The notes beneath the pieces are model-generated. The model was not told the origin of the DNA. It worked only from the letters and a program-made list of their open reading frames with translations, and searched no databases. This document shows, piece by piece, positions 1 through 10,109 of a stretch of 64,000 nucleotides of DNA. The stretch comes from Kiritimatiellia bacterium (GTDB lineage: Bacteria > Verrucomicrobiota > Kiritimatiellia > RFP12 > UBA1067), in contig JBMNFY010000008.1 of assembly GCA_050949565.1 (NCBI GenBank), positions 288,001-352,000 on the forward strand, in the 5' to 3' direction. A program made the position numbers and the translations under genes. The number at the start of each line of letters is the position of its first letter. Position 1 is the first letter of the stretch.

Positions 1-1767
1 GCCGACATCGCGCTGCGCACGCAGTTTATCGTCATAGCCTTGATCGCGCTCTCGCTGGTCTCTTTCTTCCTCGGCGGGCCACCGGATCCGGCCACCCTGA
101 ACCCGCCGGACGTGATACCCGAAACGCTCGGCTTCTGGCCGGTACTGGCGGTCTTCTTCCCGGCCGTCACCGGTATCCTCTCGGGCGTGAGCATGTCCGG
201 CGACCTCAAGAATCCGAGCCGCTCGCTGCCGCTTGGCACGATCTTGGCCGTATTGACCAGCTATGCGATCTACTTGGCGATCCCGATTTTTTTAAATACC
301 GTCGTGCCGGACCGCGGCGTGTTGCTGACCGACTTTATGATCGTGCAAAAGGTCGCGCGCTGGGAATCGCTGATCATGCTCGGCGTCTGGGCGGCCACGC
401 TCTCCAGCGCGGTCGGCTGCCTGCTCGCGGCGCCGCGCACGCTGCAAGCCTTGGCGTATGACGGCGTTGTGCCGAGATTTCTGGGGCGCGGCTACGGCGA
501 GGGCAACGACCCGCGCATCGCGACGCTGCTCGCGCTGGCGATCGGCGCCGTCGGCATCCTGCTGGGCGACATCAACATGATCGCGCCGGTCCTGACCATG
601 TTCCACCTCACGGCGTACGGGCTGCTCAACCTCTCCGCCGGGCTTGAGGAACTGGTGAGCAGCCCCTCGTGGCGGCCGCGCTTCCGTGTGCCTGCGGTGC
701 TCTCGCTGATCGGCTTTGTCCTGTGTCTCCAAATGATGCTGATGATCAGCGCCGGCTGGACGCTGGTCGCGATCGCCTTTGTCGCCGCCGTCTACTGGGT
801 GATGAAGCGCCGCGCGATGCGCGCGCGCTGGGGCGATATGCGGGTCGGGCTGTTGATGTTCGGCGCACGCGTTTTGATGCGGCGTCTGGCGCGGCATACC
901 GGCGGCGAACGCAACTGGCGGCCGAACCTGCTGGTCTTGGCGGGTGCACCCACACGCCGCTGGCACTTGATTGAGATGGCCTACGCCATTTCGCGCAACC
1001 GCAGCTTGGTGACGGTCGCCTCGGTCATTCCCGAAAACACATGGACCGCCGACCGCGCTGAGAACCTGCGCCTGTCGATCTGCGGCTATCTGGAAAAGCA
1101 CGGGGTGGAAGCGCAGGTTCGCATCCAGCCCGGCGAGGACCACTGGTCGGGTATCCGCGAACTGGTACGCGCCTACGGCTACGGGCCGATCACGCCCAAC
1201 ACGGTGTTGATCGGCGTCTCGGACAAGCCGGAAAACCTGTTACCCTTTGCGCGGCTGGTGCAGCTAATCGCGCACACCCGCCGCAACCTGATCATCGTGC
1301 GAGAAACGGACGATGAAAGCGACGCAGACGCCGAGCCGTGCATCGACATCTGGTGGCGCGGTCTCGCGCCCAACGTCGCCTTCATGCTGGCACTTGCCTG
1401 CATGGTCAGGCGCAGTTCCGATTGGTCTGGCGCCCGGCTGCGCCTGTGCCGCATCGTCGAGAAAGAAGAGGCGCGTGACGAGGCGCAACGCACGCTTAGC
1501 GCCTTCCTCGCCCAAGCACGCGTGGACGCTGAGGTCGCGGTGCTGACACAGGACGGACGCCCCGCATTCGAGCGAATCAGAGAGGCCTCGCGCGACTCAT
1601 CCCTCGTTTTCCTCGGCGTACGTAAACCCGACGAGACTGAATCTGACGAAGCCTACGCGACGTATACCCGCGCGTTCCTCGAAGGCACCTCCGGTCTGCC
1701 GCTGACCGTCTTTGCCATGGCCGCCGAAACCGTCAACTTCCAAGGCATCTTCCAGTCTGGGGCCTGA
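1..1767 (+). CDS. Amino acid permease / SLC12 (cation-chloride cotransporter)-like protein, 5'-partial
   Basis: Frame open from base 1; FFPAVTGILSGVSMSGDLKNP and NWRPNLLVL motifs typical of SLC12/CCC; many TM helices plus a soluble C-terminal domain. Confidence 0.85.
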   Translation, partial: ADIALRTQFIVIALIALSLVSFFLGGPPDPATLNPPDVIPETLGFWPVLAVFFPAVTGILSGVSMSGDLKNPSRSLPLGTILAVLTSYAIYLAIPIFLNTVVPDRGVLLTDFMIVQKVARWESLIMLGVWAATLSSAVGCLLAAPRTLQALAYDGVVPRFLGRGYGEGNDPRIATLLALAIGAVGILLGDINMIAPVLTMFHLTAYGLLNLSAGLEELVSSPSWRPRFRVPAVLSLIGFVLCLQMMLMISAGWTLVAIAFVAAVYWVMKRRAMRARWGDMRVGLLMFGARVLMRRLARHTGGERNWRPNLLVLAGAPTRRWHLIEMAYAISRNRSLVTVASVIPENTWTADRAENLRLSICGYLEKHGVEAQVRIQPGEDHWSGIRELVRAYGYGPITPNTVLIGVSDKPENLLPFARLVQLIAHTRRNLIIVRETDDESDADAEPCIDIWWRGLAPNVAFMLALACMVRRSSDWSGARLRLCRIVEKEEARDEAQRTLSAFLAQARVDAEVAVLTQDGRPAFERIREASRDSSLVFLGVRKPDETESDEAYATYTRAFLEGTSGLPLTVFAMAAETVNFQGIFQSGA

Positions 1768-1791
1768 CCGTCTCCCAAAAAAGGAAACCGC

Positions 1792-4700
1792 ATGCACGCA
1801 CGAATAAGCCACCGAAACGTTTTCGCATTTTTCCTGTCGCTCTGGGCCTGTGCCGTACCGTGTGCGCGGACTGCGGAAGCTGTTACAACGGGCAACAAGC
1901 CAGTCTTCGCGCTCGACCAGCAAGACCCGCGTCTGACGGCCGGACAGCCCATCGAAGTCGCCGACCGTCCAGAACTGCGCCTACACCCAGGACTGGAGAT
2001 CACATGCCGCTTCCGGCTCGACAAGCTCAGGAACGGCACCCAGAACTTAGCCTCGAAAGATGGCGAGTTCCTGCTGCGCGTGGACGAATCAAAGAACGAG
2101 AGCGGACACCTCTCTTTCTTCGTCCAGATCGAAGGCAAATGGGAACATCGGCTGCGCGGACCGGTGGTCGAAACGAACATCTGGTATGACGTGCGCGCGG
2201 TATGGACAGGACACACGATGAGCCTAACCGTCAACGGCGAGAACTTTAGTCAGTCGCGTATGGGCCGCATCAGGCCCGGATCGAAACCGCTGTTGGTCGG
2301 ACCGGTCACCGGTACGCTCGCGCATCTCGAGGTATTCAACCCGGCCTTGGAACGGACCGCGCTTTTGACGGCCCTGTCCACAGAGACGGCGGCTCCGACC
2401 AAGTCCCGCTCTGGCTTCTTCCGCTCGATAAAGGATGCGTTCACCTCCGCCCCCTCCCCCAGTGCTGAGCACCCTGATATCCCGGTTGTGTTGGGCGGAC
2501 CTGCAGCATGGACCGGCTGGCAACCGCTCAACGGCGCTGCATGTCGGCAGGAAAAGGACGCACTCATCGCCGACTTCCCCAACACGACGGCTATGTTGGC
2601 AAGCCCGGCACTGTCGATCGATGTCGCCCCCTATCCTTTCCTCTGTTTCGATATCGACACCGACGGTCGCGGCGCGACAGGTACCCTCGATTTCATCACC
2701 GATTCCGGTACCGGATCGATCAGCTTCCAACCGCAGTCGAGCGGTCGGCCCACGATCCTCTCCGGTACGATGTCCGATGCCTGGACAGGGACGCTGCGCC
2801 GTCTGGCCGTGAGTTTCTGCGGCGCGACCGGACCAGTGCGAGTCCGCAATGTGACCCTGGCGAGCCGGCCCGTCGGCAAACCTGTCTTTTACATCCGCTC
2901 GCTCGCCGCAGGCCGCGCCAAGCTGCGCCCCGACCGCGAAGAGAGCGTAGTGGCCGGTATTCAAAACGTCGGTGGTGAAGCTGAAGCGATCATCGCGCGT
3001 CTAGAAGTACCCAAAGGGATCACCGCCATCGACGGCACCAAGCGGTGCATCGAGTGGCTGGGCATGGATGATTTCGACATGGTGACTTGGCGCATCCGGG
3101 CCGCGCGTCCCGGCACCTACACCGTGCGCTTGACCGTCTCCGCCAAGGGCGCGGAGACCAGTGTGCAGGATCTCGCGCTGACGGTCGAGCCGTGCCCCGA
3201 CCTGCCCCGCACCGGCTACGTGCCAGTGCCGCAACCGGCCAAGACCGACTACATCAACCTCATGCACTACTGCGCGCTCTGGAAGGAGGGCACGCACTGG
3301 GGCTGGAAACGGATCGAACCTTGGCCGGAAAAGCGTCCGGCTATTGGCTGGTATGACGAGGGCACGCCTGAAGTAGCCGACTGGCACATCAAGATGGCCG
3401 TGGAACACGGCATCACCGGCTTCATCTACTGTTGGTACCGCGCCGACTACGAGCCGACCATCAGCCAGCGTCTCGGTCACGCGATTCACGAGGGTCTTTT
3501 CAACGCCAAGTACCGCGACGCCTTCACCTTCACCATCATGTGGGAAAACGGCTGCGCCAAGGGCGTGAAGGACGAAGCCGACCTGCTTGACAACGTGTTG
3601 CCGTTCTGGATCAAGACCTACTTCACCCATCCTTCGTACCTCAAGATCGAGAACCAGCCGGTCCTTTTCGTATGGCAACCGCGCGTCCTGCTCGCCAACT
3701 TGGGCGGTCCTGAAAAAACGAAAGTGGCGCTCGACAAAATGCGCGAGCAGTGCCGCCAGGCCGGCTTCAGCGGCCTGCGCGTGATCGCCTGCATGAGTGC
3801 GGCCAACGCCAAGCTCGGCGCGGATATCGCCGCCAGCGGTTGGGACGCGGTCACGGGTTACGGCCTGTCGCCCGCCGGCGTCAAGACGGTCGGCGAAGAC
3901 CCGGCGGGACTCGCCTACCGCGACCACGCCGATGTGCTCAGCCGCTACCGGCAAACGTGGATCGACCGTGACGCCAGCACCGGCGACGTGCCGGACATTC
4001 CGAACGTGGTCATGGGCTGGGACGAGCGGCCGTGGGGGCGCGTCAGGCGCGGCAGCGGCAGCTACATCAAAGACCCCAAGGCCGAGAATTTCGAGGCGGC
4101 CTGCCGCGATGCCAAAGCACTCGTCGACGCCAAACCGGCCGGACGTTGGGACAGCAAGATCGTGGTCTTCGACAACTGGACTGAATTCGGCGAGGGTCAC
4201 TACGTCGAGCCGACCACCGGCACAGGCTTCACTTTCGTCAATGCCATCAAACGCGTCTTCTGCAGCGCATGGGCACCGGAAGCCGTGACCGACATCATCC
4301 CCGAAGACGTGGAACTGCCGCCGCCGCAGAAGCGCTATGAGGCGGTCCGCGCCGGCTTCGGCGACCGCATGCCGTGGCAATCGCTCCGTATCACCGGCGA
4401 CCTGCTGGCCAACTGGACCTTTGAGACCACAACCCGCGATGGGCTTCTGGCGGACGTCTCGCCGAATGGCTGCCACCTCGCCTGCGATGGCGTCACGCTG
4501 GAAGAAGGGCGTGACAGCCAGGTGCTGCGCTGCGGCAAGGGCGGCGCGACCGCAGCAATCCCCGCGCCCTTTTTCAGTCCCGGCGGCGTGACCGTCGCCC
4601 TCTGGTGCAAGCCCTCCGAGAAAGGACAAAGCGACCGCTGGATGCTGAACACCGTAAGCGGCAGCACGGACGGCTACCGTCTCGGGCTTGGCGGTGGCCG

Positions 4701-5004
4701 CGCGACTTGGCAGGTGCCGCGCGAGCCGTGGAGCCACTCGTTGACCAGTCCGGAGGCGCTGCCCGTCGATGCGTGGTCGCACGTAGCGGGCACCTTCGAC
4801 AACACCACCATGCGCCTCTACGTGAATGGCAAGGAGGTTGGCACGCTGGAGCGGCGCGGCTTCATCAACCCCGGCAACAGCATCACGGTCGGTGCGCACA
4901 GTGTCGATCTGGATCGCGCGCGCTTCCGCGGTTGTCTTGATGACGTGCGCCTCTACCGGCGCGTGCTGACGGCCGACGAAATCGCGAAGTTGGCGAAAGA
5001 GTAA
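1792..5004 (+). CDS. Secreted GH99-like (WbsX-type) glycoside hydrolase with N- and C-terminal LamG-like domains
   Basis: Signal peptide; PAIGWYDEG...WHIKMAVEHGITGFIYCWY and DNWTEFGEGHYVEP (ExxE) motifs; C-terminal WSHVAGTFD..LYVNG..G.LDDVRLY LamG pattern. Confidence 0.75.
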   Translation: MHARISHRNVFAFFLSLWACAVPCARTAEAVTTGNKPVFALDQQDPRLTAGQPIEVADRPELRLHPGLEITCRFRLDKLRNGTQNLASKDGEFLLRVDESKNESGHLSFFVQIEGKWEHRLRGPVVETNIWYDVRAVWTGHTMSLTVNGENFSQSRMGRIRPGSKPLLVGPVTGTLAHLEVFNPALERTALLTALSTETAAPTKSRSGFFRSIKDAFTSAPSPSAEHPDIPVVLGGPAAWTGWQPLNGAACRQEKDALIADFPNTTAMLASPALSIDVAPYPFLCFDIDTDGRGATGTLDFITDSGTGSISFQPQSSGRPTILSGTMSDAWTGTLRRLAVSFCGATGPVRVRNVTLASRPVGKPVFYIRSLAAGRAKLRPDREESVVAGIQNVGGEAEAIIARLEVPKGITAIDGTKRCIEWLGMDDFDMVTWRIRAARPGTYTVRLTVSAKGAETSVQDLALTVEPCPDLPRTGYVPVPQPAKTDYINLMHYCALWKEGTHWGWKRIEPWPEKRPAIGWYDEGTPEVADWHIKMAVEHGITGFIYCWYRADYEPTISQRLGHAIHEGLFNAKYRDAFTFTIMWENGCAKGVKDEADLLDNVLPFWIKTYFTHPSYLKIENQPVLFVWQPRVLLANLGGPEKTKVALDKMREQCRQAGFSGLRVIACMSAANAKLGADIAASGWDAVTGYGLSPAGVKTVGEDPAGLAYRDHADVLSRYRQTWIDRDASTGDVPDIPNVVMGWDERPWGRVRRGSGSYIKDPKAENFEAACRDAKALVDAKPAGRWDSKIVVFDNWTEFGEGHYVEPTTGTGFTFVNAIKRVFCSAWAPEAVTDIIPEDVELPPPQKRYEAVRAGFGDRMPWQSLRITGDLLANWTFETTTRDGLLADVSPNGCHLACDGVTLEEGRDSQVLRCGKGGATAAIPAPFFSPGGVTVALWCKPSEKGQSDRWMLNTVSGSTDGYRLGLGGGRATWQVPREPWSHSLTSPEALPVDAWSHVAGTFDNTTMRLYVNGKEVGTLERRGFINPGNSITVGAHSVDLDRARFRGCLDDVRLYRRVLTADEIAKLAKE

Positions 5005-5105
5005 AAAAGAGAGTGCCACCTAAACGCGGAAATGGTGTATAGTTCTGCGTGTAAAAGACGGGAAGCGCATGGTGTCGTTTCCCATGAAAACCTATCGGCA
5101 GGGAG

Positions 5106-6500
5106 ATGACTATGGCAGATCGTTCGGCAAAGTCCGGTGCCCCCGTGGTGTCGCGGGAGTTTTTGTTTCCGTTCGTGTTAACCACCTCGCTTTTCGCCCT
5201 CTGGGGTTTTGTGAACGACATCACCAATCCGATGGTCGCCGCCTTCAAAGCCGTCTTCGTCGAGATCAGCAACACGCAAAGCTCGCTGGTGCAGCTTGCC
5301 TTCTACGGCGGCTACGCCACGATGGCGATCCCCGCCGCGCTCTTCATCCGCAAGTACTCCTATAAGTCAGGCATCCTTCTCGGTCTGGCGCTCTACTCGC
5401 TCGGCGCGTTGCTCTTCTTGCCCGCCGCCTATACCGAGAACTTCTTTTGGTTCCCGTTCTCGCTCTACATCCTGACGTTCGGACTGGCCTTCTTGGAAAC
5501 CACCGCCAACCCGTACATCCTCTCGATGGGCGACCCCTCGACGGCTACGCGACGCCTGAATCTGGCGCAGGCCTTCAATCCGATGGGCTCGCTTCTCGGC
5601 ATGCTGGTCGCCAGCAAACTGGTGCTGCGCAACCTGCAAGCCAAAGATTTTTTCGCTGATATCACCGCGAAGCTGAGTGCTCAAGGCGTCCCCGAAAACG
5701 GTATGGCCGAAGCCATCAAAACGTACCTCGCTGAACCCGCCAATCAGGCCGCCTACGCCGCGATGAAAACCCATGACATCACCGTCATCCGCGACCCCTA
5801 CGTGATTCTGGGACTCGTGGTGGCCGTCTTCTTCTTTATCTTCCTGTTCTGCAAGCTCCCGGACCAGCGCGCCGCCGAGCAGATTCATCCCATCGAAACG
5901 GCCAAGCGTCTGTTCCGCAACCGCAATTGGGTCGGTGGCGTGATCGCCCAGACCTTCTATGTCGCGGCCCAGATCACTTGCTGGACCTATATCATCCAGT
6001 ACGCCGACAGAAACTGCGGCTTCAGCTTTGAACGCGCTCAGGACTGGAACATCGTCGCCATGATCATCTTTCTCAGCAGCCGCTTCATCTGTACCTTCCT
6101 CATGAAGTACATGAACGCCAGCCTGCTGCTCACTCTCTTGGCCATTGGGGGTATAGTGCTGACCACACTGACCATCCTGCTACAGAATGTGGCCGGTCTG
6201 GCCTGTCTGGTCGGTATCTCGGCCTGCATGTCGCTGATGTTCCCCACCATCTACGGTATCGCGCTGGACGGACTCGGCGAGGATGCCAAACTCGGATCCG
6301 CTGGCCTCATCTTCGCGATTGTCGGCGGAGCGCTGATGCCCATGGGCGCGGGCTGGTTCATCGACCAAGGCTCCTTCGATCTCGGCTTCATCACGCTGAC
6401 CGGCGAAAGCGCCGTGTTCGTGCTGCCGCTGAGCAGCTTCGTCGTGATCGCCATTTTCGGCTGGCGCACCTTCCGTTCCCTCAGGCGCAAACCCGCTTAA
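5106..6500 (+). CDS. fucP: FucP-family MFS sugar:H+ symporter
   Basis: LFALWGF, VQLAFYGGY, FLETTANPY, RRLNLAQAFNP, MSLMFPTIY motifs. Confidence 0.85.
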   Translation: MTMADRSAKSGAPVVSREFLFPFVLTTSLFALWGFVNDITNPMVAAFKAVFVEISNTQSSLVQLAFYGGYATMAIPAALFIRKYSYKSGILLGLALYSLGALLFLPAAYTENFFWFPFSLYILTFGLAFLETTANPYILSMGDPSTATRRLNLAQAFNPMGSLLGMLVASKLVLRNLQAKDFFADITAKLSAQGVPENGMAEAIKTYLAEPANQAAYAAMKTHDITVIRDPYVILGLVVAVFFFIFLFCKLPDQRAAEQIHPIETAKRLFRNRNWVGGVIAQTFYVAAQITCWTYIIQYADRNCGFSFERAQDWNIVAMIIFLSSRFICTFLMKYMNASLLLTLLAIGGIVLTTLTILLQNVAGLACLVGISACMSLMFPTIYGIALDGLGEDAKLGSAGLIFAIVGGALMPMGAGWFIDQGSFDLGFITLTGESAVFVLPLSSFVVIAIFGWRTFRSLRRKPA

Positions 6501-6503
6501 TCC

Positions 6504-7892
6504 GTGCCCACAGCCATGCCCTCTAAAAAACCTGTCTCTCGCCGCAAAAAAACGCAGCCCGTCAAAACCTTCGTGCTCGACACCAACGTGCTGCTCCACT
6601 CACCGGTAGCCCTCGCCGTGTTTGACGACAACCATGTGGTCTTACCGATGGCCGTGCTCGAAGAATTGGACAAGTTCAAGACCCAGAGCTCCGAACTCGG
6701 ACGCAACGCGCGCGAGTCGATCCGCAAGCTGGACGCATTGTGCCAGAACGGCAAGCTCGCCGAGGGCGTCAAACTCCCCGGCGGCGGCACGCTACGCGTG
6801 CTGGCGACCCCCGAGATCGAAAAAGCCGGCCTGGAGGAGCACACCCCGGACAACGCCCTGATCCGGCTCGCCTACTGGTTGGGACGGCAGGGCGAACGCG
6901 TCATCATCGTCTCAATGGATATCAATGTCCGCGTCAAGGCCAACGCCGTCGGACTCGACGCCGAGGACTTCGAGCACGAAAAGGTCAACTTCGACGAGCT
7001 TTACAGCGGTTATCTGGAGACCACCGCGCCGCTCTCGGTCATCAAGCGGCTCTACGACGGACAGGTGCTCGCCTCTGCCCCAGACAAGTACCACCCCAAC
7101 ATGTTCCTGCACCTGACCGCTACCGGCAAGAGCGACCTCAAAGTCATCGCGCGTGTCTTCCCGGACGGCACACTGTCCGAGATCAACATCGCGATCGACA
7201 CCGTGTATGGTATCCAGTCGCGCAACATCGAGCAACGCATGGCGCTCGAACTGCTGATGGATCCCGCCGTCAGCATCGTCACGCTCGTCGGACAGGCCGG
7301 CACCGGCAAAACGCTGCTGGCGCTGGCGGCCGGTCTGCACCTCGTGCAGCGTGAACGCCTCTACGACCGCATCCTCGTCTCGCGCCCGATCGTGCCGCTC
7401 GGCAAAGACATCGGCTACCTGCCCGGCGACAAGGAGGAGAAGCTCTCGCACTGGATGGAGCCGATCTTCGACAACCTCGAATACCTGCTGCGCAAGACGC
7501 AGCCCGACCAGCCGCCGGCCGGCGCCAAGAAGCGGCCACGCCTGCTGACGCCCCAGGAGCGCATCACCCAACTGCTCGACAGCGACACGTTGGAACTGGA
7601 AGCGCTCACCTATATCCGCGGACGCTCCATCTCCAGGCAGTACATGATTGTCGACGAGGCGCAGAACCTCACGCCGCACGAGGTCAAGACCGTGGTCAGC
7701 CGCGCGGGCGAGGGCACGAAGGTCATCCTGACCGGCGACCCCTATCAGATCGACAACCCCTACCTCGACGCATCCAGCAACGGCCTGACCTACGCGGCCG
7801 AACGTCTGAAGGAGTTGCCGCTCCACGGCCATGTAACGTTGCGTCAGAGCGAACGCAGCCAACTGGCAGCGGCCGCCGCCAAATATCTCTAA
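6504..7892 (+). CDS. PIN-PhoH (PhoH2/YlaK-like) protein; alternative start ATG 6516
   Basis: N-terminal PIN VLDTNVLLH; Walker A GQAGTGKT; IGYLPG, YIRGRS, DEAQN, GDPYQID motifs. Confidence 0.9.
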   Translation: MPTAMPSKKPVSRRKKTQPVKTFVLDTNVLLHSPVALAVFDDNHVVLPMAVLEELDKFKTQSSELGRNARESIRKLDALCQNGKLAEGVKLPGGGTLRVLATPEIEKAGLEEHTPDNALIRLAYWLGRQGERVIIVSMDINVRVKANAVGLDAEDFEHEKVNFDELYSGYLETTAPLSVIKRLYDGQVLASAPDKYHPNMFLHLTATGKSDLKVIARVFPDGTLSEINIAIDTVYGIQSRNIEQRMALELLMDPAVSIVTLVGQAGTGKTLLALAAGLHLVQRERLYDRILVSRPIVPLGKDIGYLPGDKEEKLSHWMEPIFDNLEYLLRKTQPDQPPAGAKKRPRLLTPQERITQLLDSDTLELEALTYIRGRSISRQYMIVDEAQNLTPHEVKTVVSRAGEGTKVILTGDPYQIDNPYLDASSNGLTYAAERLKELPLHGHVTLRQSERSQLAAAAAKYL

Positions 7893-7903
7893 CCCGCACA
7901 CCC

Positions 7904-8401
7904 ATGACTATACCCGCAATTCCTGGCAACACGTTCTATCAGAAATGGGCGGTTTTCGTCGCCACCGGCTTCGGCCTCGGCCTGATCACACCGGTCGCCC
8001 CCGGCACAGTCGGGTCGCTGCCCGGCGTGCTGCTCGCCCTGTGGGTGTCGCAGCAGCAGCTCGCCCTGCAAATCCTCGTGTGCGTCGGCATGACGCTGCT
8101 GGCGGTGCCGGTGTGCGATGTCGCCGAGCGCGTACTGGGCAAGAAAGATGACGGCCGCATCTGCGCGGACGAATGGATGCTCTTCCCGATCTGCACGATC
8201 GGCCTGCCGCTCTTGCAGCACCTCTGGCTGGTACCGCTCTGCTTCGTGGTGGCGCGCGTCTGCGACATCATCAAGCCGCCGCCAGCCCGCCAGCTTCAGG
8301 CGATCCCCGGCGGCCTCGGCATCGTGATCGACGACCTGTTCGCATCACTCTACGCGCTCGCCATCAACCACGCGCTATTCCGCGGCATCCTCGCCTTGTA
8401 A
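7904..8401 (+). CDS. pgpA: Phosphatidylglycerophosphatase A
   Basis: GFGLG..APGTVGS, DDGRICADE, DIIKPPP, GGLGIVIDD motifs. Confidence 0.9.
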   Translation: MTIPAIPGNTFYQKWAVFVATGFGLGLITPVAPGTVGSLPGVLLALWVSQQQLALQILVCVGMTLLAVPVCDVAERVLGKKDDGRICADEWMLFPICTIGLPLLQHLWLVPLCFVVARVCDIIKPPPARQLQAIPGGLGIVIDDLFASLYALAINHALFRGILAL

Positions 8402-8404
8402 TCG

Positions 8405-8560
8405 CTTATTGCGACCACTCAGTGGTCGCAATAAGTCCCGCGACCCGCGACTTGCGACTTGCAGCCAGCCCTGCCCTAAAAAAGCCCCCTGCGTCTCTGT
8501 GAGAGGAAACCAGAGCAGCGCAAATCTCAAATCACAAATCCTTAGTGCCCCTCGTGTGAG
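8405..8560. repeat. Intergenic module: perfect 15-bp inverted repeat, GCGACTT heptamers, CAAATCT heptamers; homologous to 36979-37140
   Basis: CTTATTGCGACCACT-C-AGTGGTCGCAATAAG at 8405-8435; shares cgcgacccgcgacttgcgacttgc.gccagccctgccc and ccttagtgccc with the 37018-37140 region. Confidence 0.85.
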
Positions 8561-9234
8561 GAACAACTTGTATTCTCTGGCTCCGGCTCCGGTTCGCGTA
8601 CCCGGTGGCCGAAACGCTTCGGTGCCAGCATGCCCCCCGAGACGATCATCTTGACGCCGTCTTCCACCGGGATGTCAGTAAAGCAGACGTCCTCCTCGGG
8701 AAACAGGATCAGAAAACCGGAGGTCGGATTCGGCGTCGTGGCCACAAAAACCGCATAGAGCTTCCGCTCGTTGGGATCGATGATGGTCCCCGTCACGAAA
8801 CCGATGGTATAGGTGCCGCGTCGCGGGTACTCCACCACCACCACCGCTTCGAACGTCGTCTTGCTGCCCACGGAGAAGGCGTCCACCACCTGCTTGGAGG
8901 CGGAGTAAATGGTTTTCACAATCGGCAGGCGCAACAGCACGCCCTCGCCGAACTGGATCAGGCGACGCCCGATAAAGTGCGTGGTCACCACCCCGACTAC
9001 ATACAGGCCCGCCACCGTCACCACCAACGCGATCAAGGCCAAGACCGTCTCGCTTACCTCGCCCAGCCAAGGGCGCAGCAACGGCCGGGCAAAGGCGGTC
9101 AGCCAGTTGAACAGCAGACGCAGGATGAATACAGTGATCACGAGCGGGATCAACACCAGCAAACCCGACACCAGCCGGTTGCGGATGTGAATCCCGACAC
9201 GTCCCGAGACCGATTGTTTAGCAGGATTTTTCAT
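8542..9234 (-). CDS. DUF502 membrane protein
   Basis: [43 protein letters not shown] motifs; start placed at MKNPAK. Confidence 0.85.
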   Translation of the reverse strand: MKNPAKQSVSGRVGIHIRNRLVSGLLVLIPLVITVFILRLLFNWLTAFARPLLRPWLGEVSETVLALIALVVTVAGLYVVGVVTTHFIGRRLIQFGEGVLLRLPIVKTIYSASKQVVDAFSVGSKTTFEAVVVVEYPRRGTYTIGFVTGTIIDPNERKLYAVFVATTPNPTSGFLILFPEEDVCFTDIPVEDGVKMIVSGGMLAPKRFGHRVREPEPEPENTSCSSHEGH

Positions 9235-9964
9235 TTTGAGCGGCTGCATAGTTTGCGGAGGCAAAGGACCAGTTCATCAATTTGTCCAGCACGGCCTTCA
9301 CATAATCCGCGCGGCGGTTCTGCCAGTCCAGATAGTAGGCGTGCTCCCATACGTCGATGGTCAGCAGTGGCGTGGTACCTTTCTGCGTAAATGGCGTCTC
9401 GGCGTTCGGCGTCTTGACCACGCTGACCGCGCCTTGCTTCGCCACAAGCCAAGCCCAACCGCTGCCGAACTGGGTCAGCGCCGCATCGGACAGCGCCTTT
9501 TTACAGGCATCCAATGAGCCGAAGGCCGCATTGATCGCCGCAGCCAGTTCTGCCGACGGTGCGCCGCCGCTGCCGGCCGGCGCCAGCGACTTCCAGTAAA
9601 AGGTGTGGTTCCAGACCTGCGCCGCATTGTTGAAGATCGCCGTGTGCTCCGCACTTCCGGCCGTCGCACAGACCACCGCCTCCAACGACTGCCCCGCGAA
9701 GGGCGAATCCGGCAACAGCTTGTTGAGGGTGTTCACATACCCCTGATGGTGCTTGCCATAGTGGAAGCTCAACGTCTGCGCCGAGATCTGCGGTGCCAGC
9801 GCGTCCTGACCATACGGCAACGGCGGCAGTGCAATCGGCGCACCAGCCGCCGCACGGCAAGCACCCTTGGGTGCAGTCGCGCAACCCGCCGCCGCGCCCG
9901 CAGCCGCCACCATGAAGGTCCGGCGCGACACCGTGCATAAACGTGAGAGATTCGCTTGATTCAT
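9218..9964 (-). CDS. sodB: Fe-type superoxide dismutase with Tat/lipoprotein signal
   Basis: [22 protein letters not shown] (Fe-type), [16 protein letters not shown]; N-terminal SRRTFM...AAAGC; the longer track ORF runs through repeat DNA. Confidence 0.9.
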   Translation of the reverse strand: MNQANLSRLCTVSRRTFMVAAAGAAAGCATAPKGACRAAAGAPIALPPLPYGQDALAPQISAQTLSFHYGKHHQGYVNTLNKLLPDSPFAGQSLEAVVCATAGSAEHTAIFNNAAQVWNHTFYWKSLAPAGSGGAPSAELAAAINAAFGSLDACKKALSDAALTQFGSGWAWLVAKQGAVSVVKTPNAETPFTQKGTTPLLTIDVWEHAYYLDWQNRRADYVKAVLDKLMNWSFASANYAAAQNEKSC

Positions 9965-9992
9965 GATCTCATCCTTTCTTTCCAGCTTGTTA

Positions 9993-10092
9993 AGGGCCTT
10001 GCCCCCCCCGCTCGTGGCATGGGCGTCCCGCCCATGAAACACGGGCAAGATGCCCGTGCCACACCTGCGAGCAAGGGGTTTGCAAGAGCCCC
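9993..10092. mobile_element. REPIN/MITE-like element (paired GTGG-hairpin REPs, GGGGTTTGCAAGAGCC end)
   Basis: GTGGCATGGGCGTCCCGCCCATG-AAA-CACGGGCAAGATGCCCGTGCCAC at 10014-10062; near-identical copies at 13888 and 18892, partial at 29836. Confidence 0.8.
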
Positions 10093-10109
10093 TGTTATCT
10101 GTCTGCGTG

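Noticed and set aside
3001-5019. 672-aa antisense ORF and similar long shadow ORFs (6912-7901, 17727-18950, 46511-47773, 59178-60284)
   Set aside because: They mirror well-supported genes on the other strand, are expected from GC3 bias, and show no motifs.
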